The notes under the pieces were generated by a model that was not told the DNA's origin, searched no databases, and saw only the letters and a program-made list of their open reading frames with translations. Position numbers and translations under genes: made by a program. Positions 1 through 10,304 of a DNA stretch of 64,000 bases are shown one piece after another. The stretch is from Maridesulfovibrio sp. (GTDB taxonomy: Bacteria > Desulfobacterota > Desulfovibrionia > Desulfovibrionales > Desulfovibrionaceae), in contig NZ_OY762999.1 of NCBI RefSeq assembly GCF_963666665.1, positions 3,867,954 through 3,931,953 on the forward strand, in the 5' to 3' direction. Numbering within the stretch: the stretch's first letter is position 1; the number at the start of each line of letters is the position of its first letter.

Positions 1-1107
1 GATATGCTTCTGCTCTGCGGTCTTGTGGGCCGTACAAACGGAGTCGATTTTTCAAAAGATTACTGGGCTCGCCTTGAGGCAATGATTGAATTCATCGGGT
101 CCATGGCAAACGCTAAGATGTCAGTGCCTATGATCGGCGATTCAGACGATGCGGTGATGGTCCGCTTTGTTCCGGACGATGGCTTTTCCGTTTATCAGTC
201 ACTGCTTGCAACCGGGGCAGTGCTTTTCAATCGCTCCGATTTTGCGCGGAAGGCTGGATTTTTTGATGACAAAAGTAGATGGCTCTTAGGTAAAGAGGGC
301 GAGTCGGTTTTTACAGAGTTACTGTCTGTCTCTCAAAATGATAGCATCGTATTTCGACAGGAGTATCCTGCAGGAGGCTACTATATTCTCGGGAAGGATT
401 TCGAAACTGATAAGGAAGTGAAGCTTATCGTTGATGCCGGACCTCTGGGGTATACCTCTATTGCGGCGCACGGCCATGCCGATGCTCTTGCCATGGTTTT
501 GTCCATTGGCGGGGATGAGATACTAATTGACCCCGGGACGTATGCCTACCATACAGAACGGAAATGGCGCGATTACTTTAAAGGAACATCCGCGCATAAT
601 ACGGTTCGTATTGACTTTCAGGACCAGTCAGTTTCAGGCGGTAATTTTTTGTGGACAACACATGCCAAGGCTTGGTTTGATTTATTTGAGGTTTCGACTG
701 AGCAGGATTGTTTTAGGGGAGCTCATGACGGCTATACTCGTCTTGCTGATCCTGTTGTTCATTACCGCAGTGTGAGATTTGAAAAAGAGTCGGAAAGGAT
801 TGAGGTCTGCGATAGTTTTGATTGTGCTCAGGAGCATGAAATTGAATTGTTCTGGCATATTTCGGAATCCTGTTCTGTTGAAATCAGCGAAGGGAGTGTG
901 TTCATACACTCCCCGAAAGTCTGTCTTGAAATGTCAATGCCTGAATCCGAGATGGAACCGAAGATGGTTCAAGGTAATGAGAATCTTCCGTTGGGTTGGA
1001 TTTCAAGGCGATTTGACTTCAAAGTCCCGTCCCCAACTATAGTCTGGACTGGGAAGATTGAAGGTAAGAGTAAGTTTTTAACGCTTTTAAAATATACTTT
1101 TAAGTAG
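1..1107 (+). CDS. heparinase II/III-like (alginate-lyase superfamily) protein, C-terminal part; the 5' end lies outside the window
   Basis: The ORF is open to the left edge (frame of track ORF 4..1107). It contains the HGHADAL histidine motif typical of Hepar_II_III family proteins and is followed by sugar-nucleotide and glycosyltransferase genes. Confidence 0.55.
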   Translation, partial: DMLLLCGLVGRTNGVDFSKDYWARLEAMIEFIGSMANAKMSVPMIGDSDDAVMVRFVPDDGFSVYQSLLATGAVLFNRSDFARKAGFFDDKSRWLLGKEGESVFTELLSVSQNDSIVFRQEYPAGGYYILGKDFETDKEVKLIVDAGPLGYTSIAAHGHADALAMVLSIGGDEILIDPGTYAYHTERKWRDYFKGTSAHNTVRIDFQDQSVSGGNFLWTTHAKAWFDLFEVSTEQDCFRGAHDGYTRLADPVVHYRSVRFEKESERIEVCDSFDCAQEHEIELFWHISESCSVEISEGSVFIHSPKVCLEMSMPESEMEPKMVQGNENLPLGWISRRFDFKVPSPTIVWTGKIEGKSKFLTLLKYTFK

Positions 1108-1115
1108 AGGCGGAA

Positions 1116-2429
1116 ATGAAGGTTAGCGTATTTGGTTTGGGTTACGTCGGCACAGTGTCTGCCGGTTGCTTAGCCAAAGAGGGGCATGAGGTTATCGGTG
1201 TTGATCCGAATCAGGTTAAAGTCGACTTGATCAACTCCGGTCAGACTCCTATCATTGAAGATCATATCGGTGATATTCTCCAACAGGCAGTTCAGGATGG
1301 TTCCTTGAAGGCAAGCACTTCTGCCGAAGAAGCGGTCTTTTCATCTGAAATTTCCCTTGTCTGTGTAGGAACGCCGAGCCAATTCAACGGTAGCCTTGAT
1401 TTAAGCTATGTCCGCCGGGTTTGTGAGGATATCGGTGCTATCCTCAAAGATAAGGAAGATTTTCATGTAGTTGTTATCCGTAGTACCGTCCTGCCGGGTT
1501 CCATGCGTGCGTTGGTTATTCCAGCCTTGGAAACCGCTTCCGGCAAAGTCGCCGGCGTAGACTTCGGCGTGTGTAATAACCCGGAATTCCTGCGCGAAGG
1601 CACCTCTGTTCATGATTTCTATAACCCACCCAAAACTGTTATCGGGGAAAGTGACTCGAAAAGCGGGGATGTTCTTGCCTCACTCTATGCAAATATTGAT
1701 GCGCCGCTGATCAGGACTGAAATGGAAGTTTCTGAAATGGTAAAGTATGCCGATAACAACTGGCATGCCGTCAAGGTGGCTTTTGCAAATGAAATAGGTT
1801 CGATCTGTAAAGAAGTCGGCATAGACAGCCACAAGGTTATGGATATTTTCTGCAAGGATACCAAGCTTAATATTTCCAGTTACTATATGAAACCGGGTTT
1901 TGCTTTTGGCGGTTCCTGCCTGCCAAAAGATGTGCGGGCCCTGACTTACAAGGCGAATCAATTGGGTTTGGATTTACCTCTTTTAAACAATGTGTTGCGC
2001 AGTAATAGGCGTCATATTGAAAGAGGGGTGTCCATGATCATGGGCAAGGGCAATAGAAAGGTCGGCTTTCTTGGATTCAGCTTTAAGGCCGGTACCGACG
2101 ATCTGCGGGAAAGCCCTTTGGTGGAAGTAATCGAACAGCTTATAGGTAAGGGGTTCGAGCTTAGATTGTATGATCGTAATGTTAATGCCGCCAAGCTTTT
2201 AGGTGCCAACCGGGATTACATCATGAATCGCATTCCGCATATTTCGAAGCTTATGGTTTCAGATATCGAGAGTGTTTTGGATTTTGCGGAAACGATTGTC
2301 GTTGGTAATAATTCTGCTGAGTTCAAGGACCTGCAATCTAAAATCCGGCCCGGTCAGGTCGTGGTGGATCTGGTCAGGGTTGATGAGCCTTCATCCGAAA
2401 ATGAGCATATTGACGGTATTTGCTGGTAA
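1116..2429 (+). CDS. nucleotide-sugar 6-dehydrogenase, AlgD-like (GDP-mannose 6-dehydrogenase family)
   Basis: 437 aa with the N-terminal Rossmann motif VFGLGYVG. It has the CVGTP and GGSCLPKD catalytic-Cys motifs of the UDP-glucose/GDP-mannose dehydrogenase family. Length and N-terminal sequence resemble AlgD as I remember it. Confidence 0.8.
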   Translation: MKVSVFGLGYVGTVSAGCLAKEGHEVIGVDPNQVKVDLINSGQTPIIEDHIGDILQQAVQDGSLKASTSAEEAVFSSEISLVCVGTPSQFNGSLDLSYVRRVCEDIGAILKDKEDFHVVVIRSTVLPGSMRALVIPALETASGKVAGVDFGVCNNPEFLREGTSVHDFYNPPKTVIGESDSKSGDVLASLYANIDAPLIRTEMEVSEMVKYADNNWHAVKVAFANEIGSICKEVGIDSHKVMDIFCKDTKLNISSYYMKPGFAFGGSCLPKDVRALTYKANQLGLDLPLLNNVLRSNRRHIERGVSMIMGKGNRKVGFLGFSFKAGTDDLRESPLVEVIEQLIGKGFELRLYDRNVNAAKLLGANRDYIMNRIPHISKLMVSDIESVLDFAETIVVGNNSAEFKDLQSKIRPGQVVVDLVRVDEPSSENEHIDGICW

Positions 2430-3654
2430 AGCTGACAGTTTAAACAGTGTGGAGAGCCTTGTGTCTCGAAAAGTTTTGATTCTTGTCGAAAATTTACCTT
2501 CCCCCTTTGACCGCCGGGTCTGGCAGGAAGCTATGTCTTTGTGCAGCGCAGGATACCATGTCTCCATCATATGCCCTACAGGTAAGGGGTATGAAGAGTA
2601 CTATGAAGAAATAGAAGGGATTCATATCTACCGCTATGACCTGCCATTGGAAGGGGAAGGGGCAAAGGGATACGCCGTGGAATACGGTGCGGCACTGTGG
2701 CACACCTTCAGGCTGGCTTGGAAGGTACGCCGGGAGCAGGGCTTTGATGTCATCCATGCCTGCAATCCGCCTGATCTTCTTTTTCTGGTCGGGATTGTTT
2801 TCAAATTGCTCTATAAAACCAAATTTATTTTTGATCATCACGACATCAATCCGGAACTGTACGAGGCCAAGTTCAACAGGCGTGATTTTTTCTGGAAGCT
2901 GATGGTCTGGCTTGAACGGGCAACCTTCATGGCTGCTGATATCTCTATTGCCACCAATGAATCATATAAGCGTATCGCCATTGAACGAGGCAAGATGGAC
3001 CCTGAAAAGGTCTATGTGGTTCGCAGCGGACCCAAGCTGGATCGCTTGAAGTTTCTCCCTCCTGTTGATTCACTCAAGAAAGGGCGGACCTATCTGGTTG
3101 GCTATGTGGGCGTAATGGGCAAACAGGAAGGACTCGACCTGCTGCTGCGCGCGGTTGATTACATAGTTCATGGCTTGGACCGTCATGATATTCATTTCGG
3201 TCTTGTGGGCGGAGGTACTTCTTTGGAGGAAATGAAGACTCTTGCAGAGGAATTGCGGGTATCCGATTATGTCACTTTTACCGGTAGAGTTCCTGATCAG
3301 GAGCTGCTGGAGATGCTTAATACCGCCGACATTTGTGTGAATCCCGACCGGGCCAATGAAATGAATGACAAGTCTACCATGAATAAAATCATGGAATACA
3401 TGGCTCTTGGGAAGCCCATTGTTCAGTTTGATCTGACTGAAGGACGATTTTCCGCTCAGGGGGCATCTCTTTACGCTGCGCCGAATGATTATAAGGACAT
3501 GGGCGATAAGATCGTGCAATTGCTTGATGCTCCGGATCTCAGAGAGAAAATGGGAGCATTGGGATACCGCCGGGTACGGAATGAGCTTGAGTGGAAGTAC
3601 GAAGAACCTAAGTTGTTAAAAGCTTATGAAGCTGTTTTTGCCGCTAAGGATTAA
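2401..3654 (+). CDS. glycosyltransferase family 4 (GT-B, WbuB-like)
   Basis: Typical GT4 pattern (KVLILVENLPSPFDRRVWQE ... C-terminal E-x7-E-like region). The track ORF starts at 2272 but overlaps the upstream gene. The internal ATG at 2401 (MSILTVF) or the GTG at 2449 is a more plausible start. Confidence 0.75.
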   Translation: MSILTVFAGKADSLNSVESLVSRKVLILVENLPSPFDRRVWQEAMSLCSAGYHVSIICPTGKGYEEYYEEIEGIHIYRYDLPLEGEGAKGYAVEYGAALWHTFRLAWKVRREQGFDVIHACNPPDLLFLVGIVFKLLYKTKFIFDHHDINPELYEAKFNRRDFFWKLMVWLERATFMAADISIATNESYKRIAIERGKMDPEKVYVVRSGPKLDRLKFLPPVDSLKKGRTYLVGYVGVMGKQEGLDLLLRAVDYIVHGLDRHDIHFGLVGGGTSLEEMKTLAEELRVSDYVTFTGRVPDQELLEMLNTADICVNPDRANEMNDKSTMNKIMEYMALGKPIVQFDLTEGRFSAQGASLYAAPNDYKDMGDKIVQLLDAPDLREKMGALGYRRVRNELEWKYEEPKLLKAYEAVFAAKD

Positions 3655-3682
3655 AGTTCTGTTTGGTGTTGAGCTGGGTGTT

Positions 3683-4627
3683 TTATTCATCAATGTGAAT
3701 GCAGTTGCGACCGGCCTGTTTACTTAAATAGAGTTGTTTATCGGCTCGCTTGATTGCCGAGGCAATTGTTTCATTTGTTTTGACTACAGCCCCACCTATT
3801 GATGCGGTGACGGAGATTCGTTCATCGTCAGTATCAAGCCATGACATTTCAATCAGCCTGCGGAGACGTTCTGCAAGATTTGTCAGTTTATCCGTCTCCA
3901 CGTCCGGAATAAATATTACAAATTCTTCTCCTCCCCAGCGACCGGCGAGATCCGTTGGGCGCAAGGCAGAAATAATCGTTTTGGCTACCATGGTCAGAAC
4001 CTTATCTCCGGCGTCATGTCCGAATATGTCGTTGACCGTTTTAAATTTATCAATATCCACAAACAGGATTCCCAGCTTTTGCCCTGTGCTTCTAAGAGAT
4101 TCTTCAAAATGTTCGGTTGCCATGTCCATTCCGCGCCGGTTTGCCATACCGGTGAGAAGATCGGTCATTGTCTCCTGACGCAATAAATCAAGTTCATGGG
4201 CTAATTCGTTAGTGTCAGTGACTCTTGTAAAGATTTCCAATGCTCCGTCAATTTGCCCGAGTTCATTTCTCAATGGAAATGATTTTACATGAACCAATAC
4301 CCTGTGTCCTTGTTTGTGGTGCATATATACATTTGCTTCTCGAGTTTTTCCGTCTTTCATTGTTGTCTCAAGAGGGCACCCGTTAATGCAAATTTCAATT
4401 CCATTCTCGTCTAAGTGACGAAGAAGATTATCTTTGCAGCGTTCCCCTTCTGCTTCAGCCGCTGTGTAGCCGGTCAGTTTCTCCGCTCCCTTATTCCAGA
4501 AGGTTATGCGCCTGTCTTTGTTAAGACAGTATATTCCATCTGTTATTGCGTTCAGGATATCTTTATTTTTTGATATATCTATCATGGTGAATTCAATTTG
4601 TTGCTGTAGGCCGTTACTTACTCTCAA
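3683..4627 (-). CDS. PAS-domain diguanylate cyclase (GGDEF)
   Basis: N-terminal PAS-like segment (ITFWNKGAEKLTGY) and a C-terminal GGDEF domain with an intact GGEEF active site and an RxxD-like upstream region. The start is uncertain: TTG at 4627 or ATG at 4585. Confidence 0.85.
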   Translation of the reverse strand: MRVSNGLQQQIEFTMIDISKNKDILNAITDGIYCLNKDRRITFWNKGAEKLTGYTAAEAEGERCKDNLLRHLDENGIEICINGCPLETTMKDGKTREANVYMHHKQGHRVLVHVKSFPLRNELGQIDGALEIFTRVTDTNELAHELDLLRQETMTDLLTGMANRRGMDMATEHFEESLRSTGQKLGILFVDIDKFKTVNDIFGHDAGDKVLTMVAKTIISALRPTDLAGRWGGEEFVIFIPDVETDKLTNLAERLRRLIEMSWLDTDDERISVTASIGGAVVKTNETIASAIKRADKQLYLSKQAGRNCIHIDE

Positions 4628-4712
4628 TAGAGATAAAGCTTATTGACAGTCAAAAGACTAAAATAATCATGTCTAAGTATATTATAAATTGAAATAGGCT
4701 GCTATTTATAAA

Positions 4713-5672
4713 TCATTTGTCAAAATCATAATTGGGATCGAACCATGCTGGCGGTTCTTGCGGTGCATCGGCCCGTGCGCAACCCTGCCAGATGCCCTTT
4801 TCCTTCATTGCTTTTTCAATCTCGTTAAGCACAGTGCGCTTCATGCGCACCCATTCCGGAGCGACAAGTCCGCCGGGGACAGCATCAGCCTTGAGGCGGT
4901 GGATGACGATGTCGGTGCGCAGGATTGAGATGGCTTCCACCAGCATGGAAATGTATTCATCCTGCTCAAGGGGAGTATATTCGCCCGCTTCGTAGAGTTT
5001 GGTCAGCGGAGTTCCCTTGCCAACGAAAAGATTGTGGAATTTGATTCCGGCAATGGGCAGTTCGTTGAGGAACCGCACTGATTCAAGGAAATCGTCACGG
5101 GTTTCTCCGGGTAAACCCGCTATAAGATGCGCGCAGACATCCAAGCCGTGGTCATGGGCCATTCTAACGGCCTCGGCAAATTGTTCGGCAGTATGGCCGC
5201 GGTTGATGTGTTCAAGCGTCGTATTGTTGGAGCTTTGCAGGCCGAGGTCCAGCCATGTCTCCTTGAGCCCCAGATTTTTGATCAGAGCAAGTTTGTCGTC
5301 ATCGAGACAGTCTGGGCGTGTGCCAATGCAGAGTCCGGCCAGTCCGGGAAGTCCGTCCAGTTGGTCGAGAGCGCATTTCAGCTCATCATGACTGCAATAG
5401 GTGTTGGAGTAGGATTGCAGGTAAGCCAGATAAAGCTTGGCGGTGTAAAGTTTAGAAAGTTTTTCCTGCCAGTGGGCCCATTGCTCCGGAATGGACATGG
5501 AAAGGCTGTGCAGTCCCGAACCTGAACCTTGCGGGCTGCAGAAAATACACCCCTTGCGGGAAATGGAACCGTCCCGGTTGGGACAGGTGAATCCGAAATC
5601 AAGCGGGATTTTCTGGACCCGTTCTCCGAAACTTTGTCTCAGCCGGGCAGCTAAACCGTAAAAACGGTGCAT
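4713..5672 (-). CDS. radical SAM protein, TIGR01212 (YhcC-like) family
   Basis: N-terminal FTCPNRDG...GCIFC cysteine cluster and overall similarity to the TIGR01212 family; 319 aa. Confidence 0.75.
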   Translation of the reverse strand: MHRFYGLAARLRQSFGERVQKIPLDFGFTCPNRDGSISRKGCIFCSPQGSGSGLHSLSMSIPEQWAHWQEKLSKLYTAKLYLAYLQSYSNTYCSHDELKCALDQLDGLPGLAGLCIGTRPDCLDDDKLALIKNLGLKETWLDLGLQSSNNTTLEHINRGHTAEQFAEAVRMAHDHGLDVCAHLIAGLPGETRDDFLESVRFLNELPIAGIKFHNLFVGKGTPLTKLYEAGEYTPLEQDEYISMLVEAISILRTDIVIHRLKADAVPGGLVAPEWVRMKRTVLNEIEKAMKEKGIWQGCARADAPQEPPAWFDPNYDFDK

Positions 5673-5862
5673 GAAATCTCCTTATTTGTAGTTTTTAAAA
5701 CTGTTTATTTACAGTTTAGTTGTAAAAGTTTGTTTTTACGGACTGTTATGATGATGGGACAGTAACTGATCGAAGTACTGTAATGTGTTGCCTGCTACAC
5801 TTTCTTCTGCTAGTTAACTCCTAGGATTTTCTTTTGATAGACGTTAAGTCCGCCTCCTGTGA

Positions 5863-6945
<1,083 letters not shown>

Positions 6946-6992
6946 TTGTCCGCTCCTTTTGCCGCGGATGGGATCGAGTGCACCAGTTACGG

Positions 6993-7043
6993 CTGAGGGC
7001 ATAGTTTTTTGCGGATTCTATCTGTAAAAAGCTATGTCCTCAG
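6993..7043 (+). promoter_or_regulatory. 20-bp stem / 11-nt loop hairpin in the mreB-mreC spacer
   Basis: CTGAGGGCATAGTTTTTTGC (6993-7012) pairs with GTAAAAAGCTATGTCCTCAG (7024-7043). That gives 17 Watson-Crick pairs plus 3 G-U pairs on the + strand RNA only. No U-tract follows. Confidence 0.5.
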
Positions 7044-7165
7044 AAATTAACCGCACCCGGATTTGAGATTGATTCCAATTTTCTCAGTCCGGATTTTCGT
7101 CTTTCTGGTTATAGCTATTTTCAATTTGTTTTTTAATCTCTGCTCTCAATTACAGAGGATTAAGT

Positions 7166-8056
7166 GTGAAGCTTAAGCGTGCCGCTATAGCCGTCATTAT
7201 TGGCCTGTTTGTCTACCTCAGTCTTTATTCATGGAACTTGAGGTCCGGACAACTGGACCGTCTCGCCGGGTTTACCGGTCTTGAAATCGTCAAATGGGTT
7301 CTGTGGCCCTGTGAATATGTGCATGACCAGTCGGTGGAGTTCTGGGACAAGTATGTTTATCTGGTGGGTTTGAAACAACTCAATGATCAACTGAGTTCCC
7401 AGAATGATTTGATGCGTCTTGAGATTATGAAGCTGCGTGAAAAGGCTGCCGAGGCCGAACGTTACCGGAACCTGCTTGAGATCAAGCCGGTGCATAACTG
7501 GAAAACAGACGGAGCCCGGATTATCGCCCAGCGGATGGGGCCTACAGCAGCCCTTGATACAATGATCATCAATAAAGGTGTAGTCTCGGGTGTCGATCCC
7601 GATACCCCTGTGATCACTCCTCTCGGAGTTGTGGGCCGGGTTGTAGAACCTGGACTCAGTGCTTCAAAGGCGATGCTGCTGACTGATTTGAACAGCAGGA
7701 TTTCTGTTCGCGGTCAGATCCACCGTTCAACCGGGCTTCTGGTCGGAAACGGAGATGGCGAGCCTTTAAGTGTAAAGTATATGAAGATCAATGCCCCGGT
7801 CACAGAGGGGGAAATTCTGGTCACCTCCGGACTTGCCGGTCTGTTCCCTCCTGGATTGCCGGTCGCCAAGATTATTTCTGTTGAGCGATCTGATATTTCG
7901 CTTTTTCTTAATGTGGAAGCTATTCCATTGGTGGACATGGAGAATACCGAAGAGGTGCTTCTGTTGCACAGGGGTGCTCCCGATACCAATTCTCCTGCCG
8001 GGAATGCAAACGCCACGTCCCGCACCGGAAATTCCACCACAGATGAAGGGAGGTAG
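7166..8056 (+). CDS. mreC: rod shape-determining protein MreC
   Basis: N-terminal TM segment, a coiled coil, a beta-rich C-terminal domain and a Pro/Asn/Thr-rich tail. Positioned between mreB and mreD. GTG start. Confidence 0.85.
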   Translation: MKLKRAAIAVIIGLFVYLSLYSWNLRSGQLDRLAGFTGLEIVKWVLWPCEYVHDQSVEFWDKYVYLVGLKQLNDQLSSQNDLMRLEIMKLREKAAEAERYRNLLEIKPVHNWKTDGARIIAQRMGPTAALDTMIINKGVVSGVDPDTPVITPLGVVGRVVEPGLSASKAMLLTDLNSRISVRGQIHRSTGLLVGNGDGEPLSVKYMKINAPVTEGEILVTSGLAGLFPPGLPVAKIISVERSDISLFLNVEAIPLVDMENTEEVLLLHRGAPDTNSPAGNANATSRTGNSTTDEGR

Positions 8057-8059
8057 GCC

Positions 8060-8521
8060 ATGTATTCCGCTTTTTGGTGGGCCTGCTTCAGCTTTTTAGC
8101 AATTTGGGTGCAGAAGATTATACCGGGAGTGGATTTCCTTGCTCCGGGATTGTTGCTCTGCATCCAGTTGGAGAAGAAGTATCATATCGTCTGGCTGATC
8201 CTGATCTGGTCTCTTGTTCAGGACGGTATCGGCGGTCTTCCCTTCGGTTATTCCGTTCTCTGGTATTCCTCAATACTCGTATTGTATCGTTGCGGAGCGA
8301 TGTTTTTTGATGTGCAGTCCATGATGTTCGCCCTGCTTTGCGGAGTTGTGCTTGGTGCGTTGCATCCTGCGTTGACCGCAATGATGTCTATGCTCGCGGA
8401 TATGATCTGGGTGCCGGACCGTTATATCTTTGAAGGAGTCCTGCAGGCCGTTATTTTTCCAGTTGAGTGGCTCCTGTTGAAATATATTTATCCGCAAAGG
8501 TTTAGACATGAGCCTGTATGA
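8060..8521 (+). CDS. mreD: rod shape-determining protein MreD
   Basis: 153-aa polytopic membrane protein immediately after mreC. It overlaps the mrdA start by 14 nt. Confidence 0.7.
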   Translation: MYSAFWWACFSFLAIWVQKIIPGVDFLAPGLLLCIQLEKKYHIVWLILIWSLVQDGIGGLPFGYSVLWYSSILVLYRCGAMFFDVQSMMFALLCGVVLGALHPALTAMMSMLADMIWVPDRYIFEGVLQAVIFPVEWLLLKYIYPQRFRHEPV

Positions 8522-10304
8522 ATCCAAAACCCAGCAACCTCCCAAGAACGGATTGTTGCTTTTGCAGGGGCTTATTCTGCTCCTGTTTTGCATTTTTGCA
8601 CTGCGTTTCTGGTACTTACAGATACATAAGGGCGAATATTTTTCCGAACAGGCCCGCAATAACCAGTTGCGTCAGGACAATCTATATGCCCCGCGCGGAC
8701 TGATCAGGGACCGTAACGGTCAGCTTCTGGCTGTAAACGAACCTGCCTATGCGCTCGGAATTGTCCGCGAAGACTGTAAGGATCTCGATGCCACTTTGAA
8801 AACCGTTTCCAAGTGGACCGGTGTTGAACTGGCTGAAATCGAGAAAGTTTTCAAAAAGTCCAGGCGCAGGGTCAAGCCCTTCGAACCTCTCATTCTTGTT
8901 CCCAACCTTACTTTTGAACAGGTGGCAGTGATTGAAGCCAATTCGCTGCACTGGCCCGGTCTTGAAGTTGTTGTCCGTCCCCGGCGTAAATATTTGCAGG
9001 GGCCGCTCCTTTCTCACGTCCTCGGATATGTGTCAGAGGTTGATGAGGCGGAACTGGAAGAGGATTCTGATTTGGCTGTAGGCGATTATGTCGGAAAGCA
9101 GGGTCTTGAGTCTGTGCTGGAAAAAAGGTTCCGGGGGGTCAAGGGCCGCAGGCAGAGCGAGGTCGATGCCACCGGACGGAGACTCAAGCAGCGCATTCTT
9201 AATCCGCCAATTGCCGGGGAGGATATCGATCTTTCAATTGATCTCGGCTTGCAGGAATTAGGTGGAAAGCTGCTTGAAGGAAAAGCCGGCGCAGTAGTGG
9301 TCATGAATCCTGATAACGGCCAGATTCTGGCTTTTGTCAGTGCTCCTTCATACGACAACAATGCATTCACTGACGGCCTCAGCCAGAAACAGTGGGTTGC
9401 CTTGCGTGATGATCCGCGTACACCGTTGCAAAACAGGGTTATCCAGTCGGTATATCCTCCGGGATCGGTTTTTAAGATGACTGTTGCCGGGGCTGGGTTG
9501 CATTACGGGATGATTACTCCTGAAGATACTGTTTATTGTCCCGGACATATGAAGCTCGGTAAATATGTTTTCCGTTGCTGGCGAAAGGGCGGGCATGGTG
9601 AAACAGACCTTGAAAAGTCGTTGGTTGAATCATGTGACGTCTATTATTACAAGCTCGGACTTAAGCTCGGTGTCGACAGGCTCAGTGAATTTGCCTTTGC
9701 CGCCGGATTCGGTAAGCCCACAGGAATTTCACTTCCGCATGAAAAAGGCGGCTTGATCCCGACCCGTGATTGGAAAAAACGGCGCTTCGGTGATATCTGG
9801 CATCCGGGTGAGAATCTCAACTTTTCCATTGGACAGGGATATACTCTGGTAACCCCCTTGCAAGTGGCCCGCTCCATTTCATCGCTCATTAATGGAGGCA
9901 AGCTGCTTCGTCCCCAGCTTCTGGCCGGTGAACCGGCTGAAGAGCAGGGCGAGCTTCCGCTTACAGACAAACAACGTGAAATAATTCGCAAGGCCATGAT
10001 CAAAACAGTTGATGGTCAACGGGGGACTGCCCGCAGGCTGCGCATGAAAGGGGTTGTTGTAGGCGGAAAGACAGGCACCGCACAGGTAGTTAAGCTTACT
10101 GATGAGCTTAAAAAAATGAAGGATGAAGATATCCCCTATAAATACAGGGACCATGCCTGGATGGCCAGTTTTGCTGAAAAAGGGACCCAGCGCTATGTGG
10201 TGGTCTGCATGGTGGAGCATGGATTGCACGGAAGCTCCGGCGCCGGTCCGATAGTAAAATCCATCTATGAGTATCTTTTCAAAGAAAAGAAGGAAAAGAA
10301 ATAA
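8508..10304 (+). CDS. mrdA: penicillin-binding protein 2 (elongasome transpeptidase)
   Basis: N-terminal TM anchor, SxxK (SVFK) and KTGT motifs. Conserved position upstream of rodA. Confidence 0.9.
   Translation: MSLYESKTQQPPKNGLLLLQGLILLLFCIFALRFWYLQIHKGEYFSEQARNNQLRQDNLYAPRGLIRDRNGQLLAVNEPAYALGIVREDCKDLDATLKTVSKWTGVELAEIEKVFKKSRRRVKPFEPLILVPNLTFEQVAVIEANSLHWPGLEVVVRPRRKYLQGPLLSHVLGYVSEVDEAELEEDSDLAVGDYVGKQGLESVLEKRFRGVKGRRQSEVDATGRRLKQRILNPPIAGEDIDLSIDLGLQELGGKLLEGKAGAVVVMNPDNGQILAFVSAPSYDNNAFTDGLSQKQWVALRDDPRTPLQNRVIQSVYPPGSVFKMTVAGAGLHYGMITPEDTVYCPGHMKLGKYVFRCWRKGGHGETDLEKSLVESCDVYYYKLGLKLGVDRLSEFAFAAGFGKPTGISLPHEKGGLIPTRDWKKRRFGDIWHPGENLNFSIGQGYTLVTPLQVARSISSLINGGKLLRPQLLAGEPAEEQGELPLTDKQREIIRKAMIKTVDGQRGTARRLRMKGVVVGGKTGTAQVVKLTDELKKMKDEDIPYKYRDHAWMASFAEKGTQRYVVVCMVEHGLHGSSGAGPIVKSIYEYLFKEKKEKK

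Noticed and set aside
2272-2400. N-terminal extension of the GT4 ORF that overlaps the dehydrogenase gene by 158 nt
   Set aside because: The extension is Leu/Ser/Trp-rich and unlike GT4 N-termini. The internal ATG at 2401 gives a normal architecture.
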